A stretch of 63,847 nt of DNA, the filler included, from Lama guanicoe (Eukaryota), in NCBI GenBank assembly GCA_013239625.1. It is 141 parts of 141 records of this genome, joined end to end, with 100 filler letters (N's around TTAATTAATTAA, not from the genome) between each part and the next. Parts side by side here need not be neighbours in the genome. Positions count along the whole stretch, not along the records: positions 61,218 to 61,572 come from PNXV01057828.1; positions 61,673 to 62,027 come from PNXV01057829.1; positions 62,128 to 62,482 come from PNXV01057830.1; positions 62,583 to 62,937 come from PNXV01057831.1; positions 63,038 to 63,392 come from PNXV01057832.1; positions 63,493 to 63,847 come from PNXV01057833.1; 135 more parts are not named here. The stretch is one strand, 5' to 3'. The notes beneath the pieces are model-generated. The model did no database searches and was not told the DNA's origin. It saw nothing but the letters and a program-made list of their open reading frames with translations. Below are positions 61,118 through 63,847 of this stretch, one piece after another. The stretch's first letter is position 1. The number at the start of each line of letters is the position of its first letter. Made by a program: the position numbers and the translations under genes.

Positions 61118-63332
61118 NNNNNNNNNNNNNNNNNNNNNNNNNNNNNNNNNNNNNNNNNNNNTTAATTAATTAANNNNNNNNNNNNNNNNNNNNNNNNNNN
61201 NNNNNNNNNNNNNNNNNATTTCTTGTTACCCATCTGAACAGTATTGTCTCTATTAGTAGACTAGTCCAGTATTAAATAACGAGTTGGTTAATATACTTTT
61301 GGTCTTAAGATAAATGTGTTCTTGCCCTTGAATGCTTTCATAATTGGTGGCTGCTTTTTTGTCTTTTTGTCCATTTTTATACTTTTCTATGTCTCTGGAT
61401 CCTGTGACTTAAAGATAACTTGTTAACTCCTTATCAAGCAGGGACTGAGCAAGGAACTGGCACAGCTCTGGGAACAAGCCCCTCCTTTCTTTGTTACTGC
61501 CCCTCACTTTTGAGGGGGCTGAAGCCTCCCAGGAGCAGGCTAACAAAGAGGAGGAATTCTTTTCAGGAAGCTNNNNNNNNNNNNNNNNNNNNNNNNNNNN
61601 NNNNNNNNNNNNNNNNTTAATTAATTAANNNNNNNNNNNNNNNNNNNNNNNNNNNNNNNNNNNNNNNNNNNNCGCTCCTCTGGCTGTGGCTGGAGGCCCC
61701 AAATACCTCAGGGCAGGACCCTTTCTCTCAGCCTCCACTTCCTCCAAAGCCACGCTGGAGTTGGCGAGGGGAAAGAGGTTTCTTGCCCTCCCGTGGCCAA
61801 ATTGTCACAGGTGGATATTGCGGGGAGCTGGATAGAGAGGTAGCACTTGCTCAGATGTGAGTGGTTAGGCAATTTATCACTCTGTCAATTAGCCTTAAAC
61901 TTTGGAAAGAGGACTTTCCCAGGAAGGCTGGAAGTTACTTTCAGTAATTTGTCTAAAGATTTCTTGTTTTTTTTTTCCCTTAAAGACTCATAAAACCTCT
62001 CCCAGGTCATTCCTGATATGGACCATTNNNNNNNNNNNNNNNNNNNNNNNNNNNNNNNNNNNNNNNNNNNNTTAATTAATTAANNNNNNNNNNNNNNNNN
62101 NNNNNNNNNNNNNNNNNNNNNNNNNNNGGGGGTTACCACGGCCAGGGGCCCCCAGACTTGTAGCTGGATTAGAGGGGTTAAGGCTCTAAATCAGGCTCTG
62201 GTTATGAAGAATGAGAGTCTCGTTGCCAGGGAGCTTAGGGGGCCAACACCTGTCCCCTACCTTGGGCCTTGGTGCTTCTCATCCGAGGGCAGAGGCCGGG
62301 GCTTCAGGAGCACTTCACCCACCAGTTGAGGGTCTCGCTGACGAGCAGAGAGAGGCTGTCCACCAACCTGACCAGAGGCCTTGGAAGAAGAGACACTCCT
62401 GTAACTTCCCTCCAGCTCTGGGCTCAGAAAAGAACAGCAATGGACCAGGACATCACAGCTAAATTGACCTGGACTCATGTGCNNNNNNNNNNNNNNNNNN
62501 NNNNNNNNNNNNNNNNNNNNNNNNNNTTAATTAATTAANNNNNNNNNNNNNNNNNNNNNNNNNNNNNNNNNNNNNNNNNNNNTTTCCCTAACAATCTAAT
62601 AAAATAGAAGATGAATAGGAGAAATTACTAAATGGGTAGCAGAAAAAAAAATGGTAGCAGTAGATCTCTCTACCACTTTATCAATGGATTTAAACGAAGG
62701 GTTTTTAAGAGACTATCTAAAATTTAGATGTGAAATTACAATAATGTGCAAAATGGGGTGGAGGGAGGGAACATACTCGTTGATTTTTATAAAAAATGAA
62801 ATTTCAACTAGGGGGGTCCAAATTCATTATATTCTTGGAGAATCGTGTTTTCTAAATATAAATGTGAGGGAAAAAAGCAAAGAAACCCTCTTCAAATCTT
62901 ATGTTTTGCTGATGTGATGGAGAAATAAAATTGAGCANNNNNNNNNNNNNNNNNNNNNNNNNNNNNNNNNNNNNNNNNNNNTTAATTAATTAANNNNNNN
63001 NNNNNNNNNNNNNNNNNNNNNNNNNNNNNNNNNNNNNGCAACAGTGGACGCATTTACAAGACACTCAGGGAAAGAAAGGACCAGCCAGGGAGTTTAGTGT
63101 CCAGGCATCAAGGTTCAAGGCTGTAGACAAACAGAAGAGAAGTGAGGGCAAAAATTTAGAGACGATCATATGACTTTCCTCAAGCATGAGCTCCCCCCAA
63201 ACGAGACAGCAGAGGAAACCACCAAGTGACCGGTGGAGAGCATTTAGGTGCTTAATTGGTGGAACAGCAGTACGTGCACATTGCACTTCCTAACCAAGTA
63301 CAACAAGTGCAACTGAAAACAGTTGAAGGAGT

Positions 63333-63392
63333 GGGGAGGATATAGCTCAGTGGCAGAGCGTGTGCTCAGCATGCACAAGGTCCTGGGTTCAA
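63333..63392 (+). mobile_element. Vic-1-type SINE 5' part
   Basis: ggggaggatatagctcagtggcagagcgtgtgctcagcatgcacaaggtcctgggttcaa. Confidence 0.9.
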
Positions 63393-63847
63393 NNNNNNNN
63401 NNNNNNNNNNNNNNNNNNNNNNNNNNNNNNNNNNNNTTAATTAATTAANNNNNNNNNNNNNNNNNNNNNNNNNNNNNNNNNNNNNNNNNNNNTGGGCTGT
63501 TTGCCTAACATTGTATTTACTTCCCGTTATGTAAGATACTGGCACTGTTTATTAAGGGAAAATACTCTTGCATTCTGTGTGCGTGATTAAATTTGATGTA
63601 GTATTTTAAACCACGCTTCTCTGCATCTCATTGACTTTTAAGCAGACTTTGGGAGTAAAACCCAGCACTTTGGAGTATTACATCCTCAAACTGAGCCGGA
63701 TGCCAGCTGTTTAACAGCACCCAGCCACCCACCAAACTTGTTGATACTGAGCCGTGCTGATTGATAGCTTTTTGAGTTTTCCAGCGTTAATCGCTGTCTA
63801 GACCTAAAGATTTAGACGGACAGCGTTTGGATCTGCTGTGGCTGTTC

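Noticed and set aside
405..63286. Most ORFs in the supplied track, especially those ending in X-runs, 'LIN' or 'N'
   Set aside because: They run into the linker, or are antisense/alternative frames of repeats with no recognisable homology.
353..63492. Regular repeat-spacer periodicity resembling a CRISPR array or satellite
   Set aside because: The repeat is a synthetic N-padded six-frame-stop linker. The spacers are ~350-bp mammalian contigs and there are no cas genes.

Overview
This window is not contiguous genomic DNA. It is an artificial concatenation of about 141 unplaced contigs of roughly 345-355 bp, approximately sorted by length (352 rising to 355 bp). Each is joined by a 100-bp linker, N44-TTAATTAATTAA-N44, which has stop codons in all six frames. 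Adjacent fragments are unrelated, and ORF tails ending in X-runs or 'LIN' are linker artefacts. The DNA is mammalian, and several Vic-1-type tRNA-derived SINEs point to a camelid (alpaca, llama or camel). Most fragments are interspersed repeats (L1, L2, MIR, MaLR/ERV LTRs, ERVL pol, MER20/MER5) or anonymous sequence. Gene-derived pieces found by manual translation, mostly absent from or only partly captured by the ORF track, are: an open OR4D10-like receptor segment; two intact CR2 exons with their intron; the PAPPA 5'UTR; a CpG-island promoter; an OR5M11-like pseudogene; and an old 16S NUMT. The most notable result is a set of disabled exons in intron-like flanks from HERC2, FBXW10, ADCY1, ANO6 and the ANKRD26 family, plus a frameshifted ZNF532 segment, suggesting old decayed segmental duplications. 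Two contigs (36239-36592 and 54848-55202) look like ~95%-identical arms of one assembly bubble. All gene and repeat names come from recalled reference sequences, not from a database search. I find no support for a novel multi-gene system, and none could be inferred here because fragment order is arbitrary.
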